A program made the position numbers and the translations under genes. Of a DNA stretch of 64,000 bases, positions 21,000 to 31,446 are shown piece after piece (within the stretch, counting starts at the first letter, position 1; each line of letters starts with the position of its first letter). Under the pieces are notes generated by a model. It worked only from the letters and a program-made list of their open reading frames with translations, had not been told where the DNA came from and searched no databases. Origin of the DNA: Candidatus Bathyarchaeia archaeon (GTDB lineage: Archaea > Thermoproteota > Bathyarchaeia > Bathyarchaeales > Bathycorpusculaceae); NCBI GenBank assembly GCA_049515895.1, contig JBEKTQ010000002.1, positions 123,975 to 187,974 on the forward strand. The letters run 5' to 3'.

Positions 21000-22076
21000 C
21001 TAGAACAGGGAGTAGGGGTATCGCAGGTTAGATTGGTACAGTTTGCCTTTTATGGGGATTTGTTGTCCGCAGACTGGGCATCGCATGTCGCTGGTCAGTT
21101 TCCACTGGATTATGTCGAAGCCGTCGCGCTTGATTATTGCTTCGTTACAATTCGGGCAATAAGTGTTTTCGGACGGGTGCCCAGGAATATTTCCAACATA
21201 AACGTAGTTTAACCCCGCGTGTTTAGCGGTCATGTAAGCTTTCTCCATGTCTTGGATGTTTGTCGCTGGGATTGTAGTTAGCTTGTAGTCAGGGTGGAAA
21301 CGTAGAAGATGGAACGGCGTGTCGGCCCCCAAATAATCCTTAATCCAAGTTGCCATTTCCAGGATTTTACCCATGGAATCACCCATTTTCGGCACAACTA
21401 GATTGGTGATTTCTATGTGGACTCCGCCAAGTTTGAGTTCTTTTAGCGTTTCATAGATGTGCTCGACGTTTGGCACAGACATAACTGATTTGTAGAAGTC
21501 TGGGTCGCCTCCGCCTTTGAAATCAACTGTTGCGGCATCCAAGAATGGGGCGATAGTTTTTACTGCCTCCGGAGTCATGTAGCCGTTGGTGACAAAAGTG
21601 TTGAACAAGCCGGCTTCACGTGCCAACTTCGCGGTGTCGTAGGCGTACTCCATGAAGATGGTTGGCTCCGTGTAGGTGAAGCTTATTCCTTGGCACTGGC
21701 TATCCAATGCGGCTTTAACTACTTCCTCGGGCGGAAACGGTCTTCCAGCGACTTCTTTATCTTGGCTTATCATCCAGTTATCGCAGAATTGGCAACGGAA
21801 ATTGCAGCCTGCAGCAGCAACCGACATTACGAGCGCGCCGGGGTTAAAATGCGACAGCGGCTTTTTGCTAATCGGGTCAACTCCAGCTGACACCGCTTTT
21901 CCATAATTAAGGGTGTAAAGTGTGCCGCCCTGATTTTTTCTTACTAAACAGAAGCCGGTTGAGTCCTGATTTATAAGACAACGTCTGGAACACAGGCAAC
22001 ATTTGACTTTGCCTTCCTCTTGCTTCTCATAAAGCATAGCCTCATGAAGTGACATTTTCTCCCACTTAATCCTCAT
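21000..22076 (-). CDS. amrS: AmmeMemoRadiSam system radical SAM enzyme
   Basis: N-terminal C..C...C, DPISKKPL.HF.PG, GCNFRCQFC, FTYTEP, RFHPDY motifs. Confidence 0.92.
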   Translation of the reverse strand: MRIKWEKMSLHEAMLYEKQEEGKVKCCLCSRRCLINQDSTGFCLVRKNQGGTLYTLNYGKAVSAGVDPISKKPLSHFNPGALVMSVAAAGCNFRCQFCDNWMISQDKEVAGRPFPPEEVVKAALDSQCQGISFTYTEPTIFMEYAYDTAKLAREAGLFNTFVTNGYMTPEAVKTIAPFLDAATVDFKGGGDPDFYKSVMSVPNVEHIYETLKELKLGGVHIEITNLVVPKMGDSMGKILEMATWIKDYLGADTPFHLLRFHPDYKLTTIPATNIQDMEKAYMTAKHAGLNYVYVGNIPGHPSENTYCPNCNEAIIKRDGFDIIQWKLTSDMRCPVCGQQIPIKGKLYQSNLRYPYSLF

Positions 22077-22280
22077 AAAGAATAGAAGGGTCTTTTCTTA
22101 AAAGCATTAACTACAAGGGCTTGCTATGGGGTTTTATGAAACTAAAAATGCCTTTCCTCCACTAAGCGTTATTCTGGAGTTAGTTTCGGGCAAGTAAGTC
22201 GCAATTTCATTTACTGTGAACCTTAAGAATGCACGGACAATTGATTTAGGAAAGAGTTTACCCTTCCTGCAACCCCCATT

Positions 22281-22616
22281 TCATAACATCTTATTATAGA
22301 AGCAGGTCGGTGCGCCCGTATGACATACAACGCCTTTCTGCTCCACCACATACAGGATTGCATCGTAATCGCAGTCAGCTGAAACGGAAACGATTTTTTG
22401 TGTGTTCCCTGAGGTTTCGCCTTTGACCCAAAGTTCGTTTCGGGAGCGGCTCCAGTAAGTGGCTTTACCCGTGTTCAGCGTATTTTCAACGGCTTGCCTG
22501 TTCGCGTAAGCCAGCATGAGCGTTTCTTTAGTTTTCGCATCTTGCACCACGACTGGGATGAGCCCGTTGCCTTTCTTGAAATCCAACTTATCTATCAACT
22601 CAGAATTTGTTGTCAT
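22281..22616 (-). CDS. hisI: phosphoribosyl-AMP cyclohydrolase
   Basis: [26 protein letters not shown]. No HisE domain. Confidence 0.95.
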   Translation of the reverse strand: MTTNSELIDKLDFKKGNGLIPVVVQDAKTKETLMLAYANRQAVENTLNTGKATYWSRSRNELWVKGETSGNTQKIVSVSADCDYDAILYVVEQKGVVCHTGAPTCFYNKML

Positions 22617-23416
22617 TGTCTAATAATCACCCCCGCCCTGCGCAGGTAGTCCTTCACTACTGGAACAGGGTACTGGTTATAGTGAAAAATCGAAGCTGCT
22701 AACGCGGCGTCCGCCTTTCCTTCAGTGAAAACTTCAAGAAGGTGCTGAGGTGTTCCAGCGCCGCCGCTTGCGATGATTGGAACGTTGACGCGTTCTGAGA
22801 TTGCCCGGGTTAACTCGATGTCATAACCGTCTTTTGTACCGTCTCTGTCCATGGAAGTCACAAGGAACTCGCCTGCACCAAGCTTTTCTGCTTGCAACGC
22901 CCACGCTATAGCGTCGATTCCCGTGGGCTTTCGGCCTCCGTAAGTGACAACTTCAAACCATACCTTGCCTTCGCCTGTGTCAACCAAGATTTTGCCGTCG
23001 CCTGACGTGCGGTTCCTTCTTGCATCTATTGCGGTGACTACGCATTGTCTGCCGAAAACGTCAGCTAACTCGGCGATTAATTTTGGGTTTTCGACGGCGG
23101 CGGTGTTAACTGAAACCTTGTCGGCGCCGCTACACAAGACAAGCCTGGCGTCTGAGACATTGCGTATTCCGCCGCCAACGGTAAATGGGATGCTAATGGC
23201 TTTGGCCACACCTTCGACAACCCCGCGCAAAATATCGCGTTTCTCGGAGGACGCCGTTATGTCAAGGAAAACCAGTTCATCCGCACCGTCATCAGAGTAG
23301 CGTTTTGCCATCTCAACAGGGTCGCCCGCGCGCTTTGGGTTGAGGAAGTTTATGCATTTCACTACTTTTCCGTGGTCAACATCAAGGCAGGGGACGATGC
23401 GTTTGGCTAACGGCAT
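22613..23416 (-). CDS. hisF: imidazole glycerol phosphate synthase cyclase subunit
   Basis: [32 protein letters not shown]. Confidence 0.97.
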   Translation of the reverse strand: MPLAKRIVPCLDVDHGKVVKCINFLNPKRAGDPVEMAKRYSDDGADELVFLDITASSEKRDILRGVVEGVAKAISIPFTVGGGIRNVSDARLVLCSGADKVSVNTAAVENPKLIAELADVFGRQCVVTAIDARRNRTSGDGKILVDTGEGKVWFEVVTYGGRKPTGIDAIAWALQAEKLGAGEFLVTSMDRDGTKDGYDIELTRAISERVNVPIIASGGAGTPQHLLEVFTEGKADAALAASIFHYNQYPVPVVKDYLRRAGVIIRQ

Positions 23417-23419
23417 TTT

Positions 23420-24145
23420 TTAGGCTCCTATTTTGCTTATGGCTTCTCTTAGAGTGAATCTGCCTTCATAAAGGGCTTTCCCGATGACTGCGCCTTCTAC
23501 CCCGATGTCTTTGAGAGCGGCCAAATCGCCTAGGGTGCCGATTCCGCCTGCCGCAATGATTTTGGTGTTGGGGTACTGTGTGGCTTGGCTGAGCGTTTGC
23601 AAGTCCGGACCGTTGAGCATGCCGTCTTGGGCAATTGAAGTTATAAGAAAATGCCAAACACCGATAGAGATGTATTTTTCAAGTGCTTCGTCTACGGTCA
23701 TGGCCGTTGCTGTTTTCCAACCCTCAACCATGATCTGTCCTTCCTTATTGTCTAAGGCAACGATAACTGAATCAGCGCCAAATCGTTTCCGGATTTTGCT
23801 TATGGCCGAAGGGTCACTGAAGGCTAAGGCGCCAAGGATTACTTGGGTTATTCCCGTTTGGAAAAGTTTTTCTGCTGTCTCATAGCTGCGTATTCCGCCG
23901 CCGACTTGAATGGGTAACTTGACATTTTTTGCAACTTCGGCGATAACGTCTTGGTTATTGCCAAGCCCGAAGGCTGCATCCAAATCGATAATATGCAACT
24001 TACTCGCGCCTTCATCCCTCCAACGTTCCGCGGCTTCAACTGGTGTTCCGAATTTGGCTCCATAGAACTTGGCGGTTTTCACTTCGCCTCGTGTAAGACG
24101 GACTATTTTACCATTCATCAAATCTATCGCTGGAATCAATTGCAA
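23420..24145 (-). CDS. hisA: ProFAR isomerase
   Basis: IPAIDL..G.IVRL..G, HIIDLD, QVGGGIR. Confidence 0.96.
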   Translation of the reverse strand: MQLIPAIDLMNGKIVRLTRGEVKTAKFYGAKFGTPVEAAERWRDEGASKLHIIDLDAAFGLGNNQDVIAEVAKNVKLPIQVGGGIRSYETAEKLFQTGITQVILGALAFSDPSAISKIRKRFGADSVIVALDNKEGQIMVEGWKTATAMTVDEALEKYISIGVWHFLITSIAQDGMLNGPDLQTLSQATQYPNTKIIAAGGIGTLGDLAALKDIGVEGAVIGKALYEGRFTLREAISKIGA

Positions 24146-24151
24146 AATTAC

Positions 24152-24757
24152 TCACCTTACCACGGTTTTGGCGAAGTTTTTGAGGATTTTCAAGCCGATG
24201 TCGCCTGATTTTTCTGGATGAAATTGGGTTCCGTAAACGTTTTTGCTGGCTATTGCTGAAGTGAATGTTGTGCCATACTCGGTTTGCGTCACAACTATGT
24301 TTTTGTCCGCTGGCATAGGGTAGAGTGAGTGCACGAAATAGACGTACGAACCCTCTGCTACGCCGTCGAAAAGCTCGTTTTGCTTCACAATGTTCAGTGT
24401 ATTCCAGCCCATGTGCGGCACCTTAACTGTCCGGGGCAATTGAACCGTTTTACCCTTGAAGAGCGCAAGGCCTTTTCCAGGTCCTTCCTCACTTTTATCG
24501 AAGAAAAGCTGCAGGCCTAGGCAGATACCGATTAGCGGAGTCCCATCTTCAACCTTGCCTCTGAGGGTTTCTTTAACCGAGCCTAGTTCCATAGCTGCTG
24601 CTGTGAAGGCTCCGACTCCGGGCAAGGCGATGGCGTCAGCTTTGGCTAATTCTTTCGCTGATGTACCGATTGCTGCTTCTAAGCCTGCTTTTTCCAGCGC
24701 TATTTTTAGGCTGAGTAAGTTGCCGACACCATAGTCGAATATTACTGCTTTCGCCAC
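24152..24757 (-). CDS. hisH: imidazole glycerol phosphate synthase glutaminase subunit
   Basis: DYGVGN, LPGVG, GICLG, PHMGWN, QFHPEKS. Confidence 0.97.
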   Translation of the reverse strand: MAKAVIFDYGVGNLLSLKIALEKAGLEAAIGTSAKELAKADAIALPGVGAFTAAAMELGSVKETLRGKVEDGTPLIGICLGLQLFFDKSEEGPGKGLALFKGKTVQLPRTVKVPHMGWNTLNIVKQNELFDGVAEGSYVYFVHSLYPMPADKNIVVTQTEYGTTFTSAIASKNVYGTQFHPEKSGDIGLKILKNFAKTVVR

Positions 24758-24759
24758 GC

Positions 24760-25338
24760 TTAGATGACTCCTTTTGAGCTTGGCACGCCTTTGCGTCTGG
24801 GGTCCAATGCTATTGCCTGTCGAAGTGATAGGGCGAGAGCTTTGGTGGCTGCCTCTGCCTTGTGGTGATCGTTGCTGCCGTATTCGACGTAGACGTGGAC
24901 GTTTGACCCAAGTGAGGTAGCGAATGATTCGAAGAAGTGGTTAATGTCTTCCGTCGGCATGTTCTCCACTTTTTTGCCTTTCAGTTTTAAGTCAACCTTG
25001 AAGTAGGGTCGCTTTACAAGGTCCACAGCAGCAAACGCCAAGGAGCAATCCATCGGCGCTGCCGCACTACCGAAACGTACGATGCCTTCTCGCGCGCCCA
25101 ACGCTTTGTTTAGAGCTTCGCCGAGGCCTAAAGCTAAGTCTTCAACGCAGTGATGCACCAAATCGCCTTTCACCGACGCAGTTATGTCGATTAAACTGTG
25201 CGTGGCAAGAGAAGTCAAAATGTGATCAAGGAACGGCACGCCGGTGGCTACGCACGCTTTCCCTTCTCCATCAAGATTCACCTTCACTTGAACATCAGTT
25301 TCTTTTGTTTTTCGGTAAACTTCTTCTGTCCTCATCAT
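24760..25338 (-). CDS. hisB: imidazoleglycerol-phosphate dehydratase
   Basis: R.TKET, HH.VED, NDHHKAE, PSSKG. Confidence 0.96.
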   Translation of the reverse strand: MMRTEEVYRKTKETDVQVKVNLDGEGKACVATGVPFLDHILTSLATHSLIDITASVKGDLVHHCVEDLALGLGEALNKALGAREGIVRFGSAAAPMDCSLAFAAVDLVKRPYFKVDLKLKGKKVENMPTEDINHFFESFATSLGSNVHVYVEYGSNDHHKAEAATKALALSLRQAIALDPRRKGVPSSKGVI

Positions 25339-26456
25339 TAATCACTTTGAATCTCCTTTAGGGCTGCAACCAGTCTAGCGTTCATTTCTGGCAAGCCCAC
25401 TGTGACCCTGAAGCAATTCTCGTACTGCAGGATTTTGCCCCATTTCTTGAGCATAATCCCTTTTTTTAACAGCTTCTGGTTAACTTTGTCAGCATCCATT
25501 TGAGTGTTAACCAGCAGGAAGTTGGCTTGCGACTCGAACGCTTGCACCCCTTCTATTTCATTCAGTGACTTTATCAGTTTTTTCCGCTCCCTCAATAGCG
25601 CATCCACGGATTTTTTCATTAAATCCGCGTTATCCAGCATTTTTCCACCCATCCGCAGCGTGAAACCGCTGACTGGGTAAGGCAACGGAGATTTTTCCGT
25701 AAGAATCTTCGCCAACATGGGGTTTGCAACTGCGTAGCCAAGTCGAAGGGCGGCTATCCCAAAGGCTTTGGAGAACGTTCGCAGAATAATCAGATTCTGA
25801 AACTCTTTGATTCGGGGCACGAAAGAGTAACTGGCGAATTCCGCGTAAGCCTCATCTAAGATCACGATTCCTGGAAAGGCTTTAACTAAGGTTTCAACGT
25901 CTCCCATCTTGAACTGGGTCGACGTCGGATTATTAGGTGAGCAAAGGTAAAGCAGCCTTGTTTTATCTGAAAAGCTGTCGAGCATGGCTTTAACGTCGAG
26001 CTGCAGGTCTTTCTTAAGGGGGATTGCTAAGAATTCGGCTTCTTGTCTTTTGATGCACAGCCTCGGAATGCTAAAGGTCGGCGAAAAAGAAACTGCTACT
26101 TCACCTTTTCCTATGAAGAGTCGTACTATTCGGTCGATTAATTCGTCGCTTCCATTACCGACGACGAGGCAGTTTCCCGGCGCTCCAATGTAACCTGTGA
26201 GTTTGGAAAGAAACTTCGGAACCTCATCCTCAGGGTACAAACGCAAATCAAATTCGTCAGCAAGGTTCTTTAGAAGTTCCGTCTGCTTTGCTTTGTTTAC
26301 AAAGAGGTTTTCGTTAAAGTTCAGCTTCACAATATCTTCGGGTTTGACGCCTATCTGCTTCGCTACGGTCTCAGGTGTAGCTCCGGCTGAATAGCAGTCT
26401 ATTGTTTGGAGCCTCGCAAGCTTATCTTTTAACCATCTTCTATATGTCGCGCTCAT
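25338..26456 (-). CDS. hisC: histidinol-phosphate aminotransferase
   Basis: GNGSDE, SPNNPT, DEAY, RTFSKAFG..LRLGY. Confidence 0.95.
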   Translation of the reverse strand: MSATYRRWLKDKLARLQTIDCYSAGATPETVAKQIGVKPEDIVKLNFNENLFVNKAKQTELLKNLADEFDLRLYPEDEVPKFLSKLTGYIGAPGNCLVVGNGSDELIDRIVRLFIGKGEVAVSFSPTFSIPRLCIKRQEAEFLAIPLKKDLQLDVKAMLDSFSDKTRLLYLCSPNNPTSTQFKMGDVETLVKAFPGIVILDEAYAEFASYSFVPRIKEFQNLIILRTFSKAFGIAALRLGYAVANPMLAKILTEKSPLPYPVSGFTLRMGGKMLDNADLMKKSVDALLRERKKLIKSLNEIEGVQAFESQANFLLVNTQMDADKVNQKLLKKGIMLKKWGKILQYENCFRVTVGLPEMNARLVAALKEIQSD

Positions 26457-27754
26457 TTCTCGAACCTTGCCTCTATCGCTTTATAGTGATTCGGAAGGTT
26501 CTCAGCCTCCGCCATAACTTTAACGCTGTCTTTTATTCTTTCTAGACCTGTTCTTGAGCTTTCAACTATGCTCACTCTTCGCATAAAGTCCAAAACGGAT
26601 AAGGCTGAAAATGATTGGGCGAAGCCTCCTGTCGGTAGAACGTGGTTGGTTCCGCTGCCGTAATCGCTCAGTGCGACTGGGCTGTATGGACCCAATAGTA
26701 TCAGGCCAGCGGTCAGTTTCTCTGCAATCTCATTGGGCTTAGTAGTCATGACTTCCAAGTGTTCAGGAGCAAATTGATTGACTAATTTGATTGCCTCTTC
26801 CATGCTTCTGCAGACTATTATGAAGCCGTATTTGGCTAGTGCCTCTGAGACTTTTTCGCCTCTTTCTGCTGAAGCAGAAATGGTTGACAAATTCTCTTGA
26901 ACTTGCAAAGCAACCTTTTCGGAAGTTGTTATGAGTCCAGCGACGCTGTCTCCACCATGTTCAGCCTGTGAAACCATGTCAAAAGCAATTAGCCTTGCAT
27001 CGGCAGACTCATCTGCTAAAACTAGCACTTCACTTGGGCCAGCAGGCATGTCAATCGCGACATCGGTCGAGACCAGAACTTTCGCCGCCGTCACGTATTT
27101 GCTGCCTGGACCAACAATTTTTCGTACAGGCTTTATGGTTTTTGTTCCGTAAGCCAAAGCGGCTATGGCTTGAGCTCCACCAACCTTGTATATCTCATCG
27201 ACTCCGCAAATGTCAGCGGCGACAAGAACGAGAGGGTTAACTTTGCCCCTTGCGTCTGATGGTGTGCAAACGACAATCCTTGGGACGCCTGCTACTTTGG
27301 CTGGAACTGTCGTCATGATAAGCGTGCTTGGGTAGGCGGCTTGTCCTCCTGGAACGTAGCAGCCGACACTTTCAATGGGACGCGTAACAGTGTGAACCAA
27401 AATGCCATCGTTGGAGGTCTTGATTTCGGCTTGGGGAAGCAACTGCTTTTGGAAATCGTTGACTCTTTCTTTTATCAATTTTATGGCGCAGACTTGTTCA
27501 AGGCTAGTTCTGTTGTAAGCTTCCTTGATTTCTTCCCGCTTGACTTTGAGGTCTCGCAGTGTTAGCTCAGCTTTGTCAAATTTAAGTGCAAACTCAACCA
27601 GAGCGTAATTCCCATTTTCTTTAACTTGTTTTATGATAGCTTTAACACTATTTTCGATATCTTGAACTGTTTGTTCGTCCGCTTTCTGGCGTTTAAACCA
27701 GTCTGCTGGCAACGAGTCTGTTTTCCAGATTCTCACTTGGCTTTGCCTTTGCAC
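26453..27754 (-). CDS. hisD: histidinol dehydrogenase
   Basis: GCYVPGG, GGAQAIAALAYG, DMPAGPSE, QAEH, PEHLE, GTNHVLPT. Confidence 0.97.
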   Translation of the reverse strand: MQRQSQVRIWKTDSLPADWFKRQKADEQTVQDIENSVKAIIKQVKENGNYALVEFALKFDKAELTLRDLKVKREEIKEAYNRTSLEQVCAIKLIKERVNDFQKQLLPQAEIKTSNDGILVHTVTRPIESVGCYVPGGQAAYPSTLIMTTVPAKVAGVPRIVVCTPSDARGKVNPLVLVAADICGVDEIYKVGGAQAIAALAYGTKTIKPVRKIVGPGSKYVTAAKVLVSTDVAIDMPAGPSEVLVLADESADARLIAFDMVSQAEHGGDSVAGLITTSEKVALQVQENLSTISASAERGEKVSEALAKYGFIIVCRSMEEAIKLVNQFAPEHLEVMTTKPNEIAEKLTAGLILLGPYSPVALSDYGSGTNHVLPTGGFAQSFSALSVLDFMRRVSIVESSRTGLERIKDSVKVMAEAENLPNHYKAIEARFEK

Positions 27755-28731
27755 GGGGTCTCCTCTCGCTTACCGATCTCATCTAACGCCAACACCTGTC
27801 GCGGTTCGTACACTACTAAACCTTGGGCCAGTTTGCGGATTTTTGGCAAGAGCTCAATTAAACAGTCTCTCTCGATAACAGTGTTGACGCTGACCCAAGC
27901 CTCATCCGCCAACGGGGAGATTGTCGGGTTCTTTAACGCTGGCAGCTCCGTCAGCAGCTTTTGCAGGTTTGCTTTTTTGACGTTAACGAATATGTGAATT
28001 CTCTTTGACCCATCCACTACGCCCTTGAGCAACGCTAATATATCGTGAATTTTTTCTCGTTTCTCGGGGTCTTCCATAGCTTTCTTGTTGGCGATAAGGA
28101 TTGCCGAAGATCGCATGACGGTGTCTATGATTCTCAGGTTGTTCGCTTCCATGGTAGTGCCTGTTTCCGTTACATCCAATATGGCGTCAGAGTTTTCCGG
28201 CGGTTTCGCCTCGGTGGCGCCAAAGGACAGGAAGATTTTGGCTTTTGGGTTGTCGCCTTTTTTCCACCAGGGCGTGACAAGCATTGGGTCGGCGTTGCCG
28301 AAACGTTTCTTGTATTGCGATGTGCTTTTCAGATACTCGGAGGCTATGTTAAGGTATTCTGTGCTGATTCGGAAGTTTTTGCCTTTGCTCCAGATGGACT
28401 CCATGAAGTCGCCCATCGTAGCGTTTTCGCAAGTTTTTGGGACAGCTATTACGAGCCTGATTTTTCCGTATTCCAAGTTCAGTAGAACTTCAACTTCTGC
28501 GCGGTTTTCCTTTACCCAATCTTCTCCCGTTATGCCTAGATCCTGTAATCCTTCTCCGACAAAGACGGGGATTTCTTGGGGTCTGAGAACTTTTAGTTCT
28601 ATTTGGGGGTCGTTTATGCTTGGGCGGTATGTTCGTTCTGTTCCGCCGATTTTAAAGCCTGATTTAGAGAAGAATTCCGCTGTAGCTTTTTCTAGAGAGC
28701 CTTTCGGGATGGCGAATCTTATTTTATCCAT
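27733..28731 (-). CDS. hisG: ATP phosphoribosyltransferase (long form)
   Basis: AIPKGSL, RPQEIP, GATE, DVTETGTT, C-terminal regulatory domain. Confidence 0.96.
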   Translation of the reverse strand: MDKIRFAIPKGSLEKATAEFFSKSGFKIGGTERTYRPSINDPQIELKVLRPQEIPVFVGEGLQDLGITGEDWVKENRAEVEVLLNLEYGKIRLVIAVPKTCENATMGDFMESIWSKGKNFRISTEYLNIASEYLKSTSQYKKRFGNADPMLVTPWWKKGDNPKAKIFLSFGATEAKPPENSDAILDVTETGTTMEANNLRIIDTVMRSSAILIANKKAMEDPEKREKIHDILALLKGVVDGSKRIHIFVNVKKANLQKLLTELPALKNPTISPLADEAWVSVNTVIERDCLIELLPKIRKLAQGLVVYEPRQVLALDEIGKREETPCKGKAK

Positions 28732-28981
28732 AATTTTTCACCTAAATTTTTAGAGAAACCACTAAGGGTTTTTTGCTTTGACAAAACGGTACTTCGAAGG
28801 AGTGCGCCTGGCATCAAGTGGATTTTCGTCTTTGAAGTTACACAGTTTGGATTGCTCTTAATGAACGCAATCGCCTTGAATGAACGCAATCCCTCATCAT
28901 ATACCACTGAGAGACACCTGAATGCCGTGTCTTCCTAATAAATCGTATCCTAATATTTAACTTGTCCAAAAGACAAAGCTA

Positions 28982-29590
28982 CTAAACCAAAGGCTGCTTA
29001 TGCTTTTTTATTTCGAAAACTAGCGGTGGCACAGAGTTTCTTGTTTCCAACTCGACTCGGAGTAGTCCTTCCATTATGCCTCTCCAAATTTCGCATTCGT
29101 TAATGAACGGTGTTTTGAGAAGCAGAAACTTATCCTTCAAATAGAAATCTCCGAAGCCTTGGGCTTTCAGCCGTTCAAAGACTTTTTCCCAATTTGCCTG
29201 TTCACTTGACTCAACACCAAGCGTTGAATCAATTGAAACGTTAAGGGCGTCCCCCATTTTTTTTCCTAAATCATGCCATTGTTCTTTGGGTATCTGCTGG
29301 GTCAGGAGGTTGAACAATTCAACGTTTACAAGGGCCATTCGGCTTATTCCACAGTAATATTCTCCTGGAAAGTGCCAATCGTAAATCGTCAGGCTCCTGT
29401 AGATGTAGAGCATTTTGGAAATTAGCGGTTTAATTCCTGGCTCTTTCCCCTCCGCAATTAATGATTCAATGAATTCACGTTCGCTACTCTCAAGAATAAT
29501 TGTTGTTCTCTTTGCTTCGGTACTTTTCTGTTTGGGCAACGCATGTAGTACTCGACTGCTTTCTTGCATACAGGCTATTTCAACGAGCAT
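28982..29590 (-). CDS. putative regulator (RHH-like N-terminus, V4R-like C-terminus)
   Basis: KRTTIILE..ER N-terminal motif and a GKKMG...GFG helical ligand-binding-like domain. Fold is inferred. Confidence 0.55.
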   Translation of the reverse strand: MLVEIACMQESSRVLHALPKQKSTEAKRTTIILESSEREFIESLIAEGKEPGIKPLISKMLYIYRSLTIYDWHFPGEYYCGISRMALVNVELFNLLTQQIPKEQWHDLGKKMGDALNVSIDSTLGVESSEQANWEKVFERLKAQGFGDFYLKDKFLLLKTPFINECEIWRGIMEGLLRVELETRNSVPPLVFEIKKHKQPLV

Positions 29591-29750
29591 ATTTAATATG
29601 ACTTATGTATTCAAGAAAAGTATTCAAAATCAGTTTGCCCAATAGGGTTCAATGAATAGTTAAATAAAACAGGTGGCAGTCTCTAGAAGCTTGCCGATGA
29701 AGAATCTAAACCGCTGATTGATGATGCACCCTAGGGTATCTGAGGCAAAC

Positions 29751-29981
29751 TTAGACGGTTATGAGTTTCTTTCTGATTAGGAACATCATTAGTCCCAAGC
29801 CTACGATGAAAAGAACAAACCCAGTGCTTATTGACGCGAAATAACCTATCTTTAGTTTAGTCAAGATCAACGTAAAGTAGGTCGGACCGACAAAGATCAG
29901 AAGCATCGAAAAAATAACCAAAGTTATTCTCCAGAACTTACTGTATATACCTGTAACTTTCACGTTTTCATTCTCAATCAT
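29751..29981 (-). CDS. small two-TM membrane protein
   Basis: 76-aa hydrophobic ORF immediately after the PAC2 gene. Confidence 0.7.
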   Translation of the reverse strand: MIENENVKVTGIYSKFWRITLVIFSMLLIFVGPTYFTLILTKLKIGYFASISTGFVLFIVGLGLMMFLIRKKLITV

Positions 29982-29992
29982 TCGACCCCAAC

Positions 29993-30685
29993 CTACGGTT
30001 CTTCTGGTGCATTGTTTTCTACTAAACCTTCTTTTATCTCTTTTCCTAAAGCCTTCATCAAAAACTTGAAAACGAGAAATCCAGCCTCGCGATCCGCCCT
30101 AAAACCCGTCGTTGTCCCAAGCAAACCGACGCCTTCAAGCTTTCGTTCTTTAGCCATCGCCAACGTAAGCCCCGTGCCCCCCACGATTCTGCCTTTACTG
30201 TATATTACAGCGCCTTTTTCCATAAATTCCCTCGCCAGCCTCGGGGACGTTGCAGCGATGTAAACCTGAGCTTTCTCTTCCGTCATCGGTACGCCGCCCA
30301 TTGTCACGATGAAGCGGCAGCCTAAAGACTCAACGAAATCAATCACTTCCTCGCAGACCTCATAGTGAGCAACAACGTCATCGAAGGAAGGCTGAATTTC
30401 ACCAGTCATGATAACCAAATTGTTCTTCTCCATAGGAGCATAATAAAACTCGTACCTCGGCAGATGTGCAATGCCCTTAGACGATATGGAAACGTAATCA
30501 GGAAAACTCGGCGAATACAGCTCTGCAAAAGGCTTGGCGCTGAAGAATTTTATTAGCAAATGAGCCGCAATCCTGCCGACGTTGCCGAAGCCGGGCAGCC
30601 CCTGAACAAAAATGGGGTTCTCCAAAGTTGGCTCAGACAGTTTACGTAAATGCGCCTTATCCATCAGCAAACACCGATGCACCAT
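29993..30685 (-). CDS. PAC2-family proteasome assembly chaperone
   Basis: GLPGFGNVG..A..L, FP.YV, T.GG, G.IVG motifs. Confidence 0.88.
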   Translation of the reverse strand: MVHRCLLMDKAHLRKLSEPTLENPIFVQGLPGFGNVGRIAAHLLIKFFSAKPFAELYSPSFPDYVSISSKGIAHLPRYEFYYAPMEKNNLVIMTGEIQPSFDDVVAHYEVCEEVIDFVESLGCRFIVTMGGVPMTEEKAQVYIAATSPRLAREFMEKGAVIYSKGRIVGGTGLTLAMAKERKLEGVGLLGTTTGFRADREAGFLVFKFLMKALGKEIKEGLVENNAPEEP

Positions 30686-30790
30686 AGAGTAAGAGTCGCC
30701 ACTAAAATGTTTTTGCTGACGCGAAAAGAAACTATTAATATTTGACGAATCACGTAATAGGATGCTAAAACAAAAATTGTCGAATCGTAT

Positions 30791-30892
30791 AGCGGGGTGG
30801 GGTAGCCAGGATTAACCCGCTGGGCTCATAACGGCGCATTGTCGCTGTGAGACACCCAGAGATCACTAGTTCAAATCTAGTCCCCGCTACCA
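30791..30892 (+). tRNA. initiator tRNA-Met(CAT) with 23-nt canonical intron (30831-30853), CCA encoded
   Basis: A1:T72 acceptor pair, CTGGG/CCCAG anticodon stem with three G-C pairs, bulge-helix-bulge CTCA/TGAG flanked by TAA and ACA bulges. Confidence 0.95.
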
Positions 30893-30900
30893 ACAAACTT

Positions 30901-31446
30901 CTATTTTACAAGAACCAACGCAAAGTAGATTGGTTGTTCTTTATGCGATTTCCTTACCTCGATGTTAAACCCGTTCTTTCTTGCCGTTGCGTAAACGTCT
31001 ATTCCGCAGGCTTCCACTGAAGGCCTAGCGAGTTTGGGATGCACGCATTTTTCAAGATTGCATTTTTCGCAACGCTCACACGGACCAGCGGATACTCCGA
31101 ACGCCCGATAGTACCCGTTCAGAAAAATGCTTCTCTCCAAGTTTGCAATCATATCCTGAGTTGCCGTTGACTCGTCCGCGACCTGCATCAGGATCGCCGT
31201 CGAATAGCCGCCCAAAATCTGCTTCATCTGTTGTGGCGTGGGACTGTATGGGGGGCAGGTTAACGATTTCCCGTAGGCGCCGCAGCCGTATTGACATTTC
31301 AGCCGCACCCAATCGCCGACGATGATGTCCTTTGCGTCTATTAGTTTTGCCTCGAGGGCACCCATTTTTAGCGCAAGGCCGACTTGGCTCTTGAGGCTTT
31401 GGTCGATGATTTTTCGGTTAGCTTCAGCTGCTTTCTTCATGCTCAA
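30901..31446 (-). CDS. DUF2284 metal-binding protein
   Basis: LKCQYGC..YG...CPP, GPC..C..C, ARPSVEACGIDV. Confidence 0.88.
   Translation of the reverse strand: MSMKKAAEANRKIIDQSLKSQVGLALKMGALEAKLIDAKDIIVGDWVRLKCQYGCGAYGKSLTCPPYSPTPQQMKQILGGYSTAILMQVADESTATQDMIANLERSIFLNGYYRAFGVSAGPCERCEKCNLEKCVHPKLARPSVEACGIDVYATARKNGFNIEVRKSHKEQPIYFALVLVK

Noticed and set aside
28045-28753. Long plus-strand ORFs (146 and 222 aa) opposite hisG, and similar antisense ORFs throughout
   Set aside because: These are shadow frames of well-supported genes.
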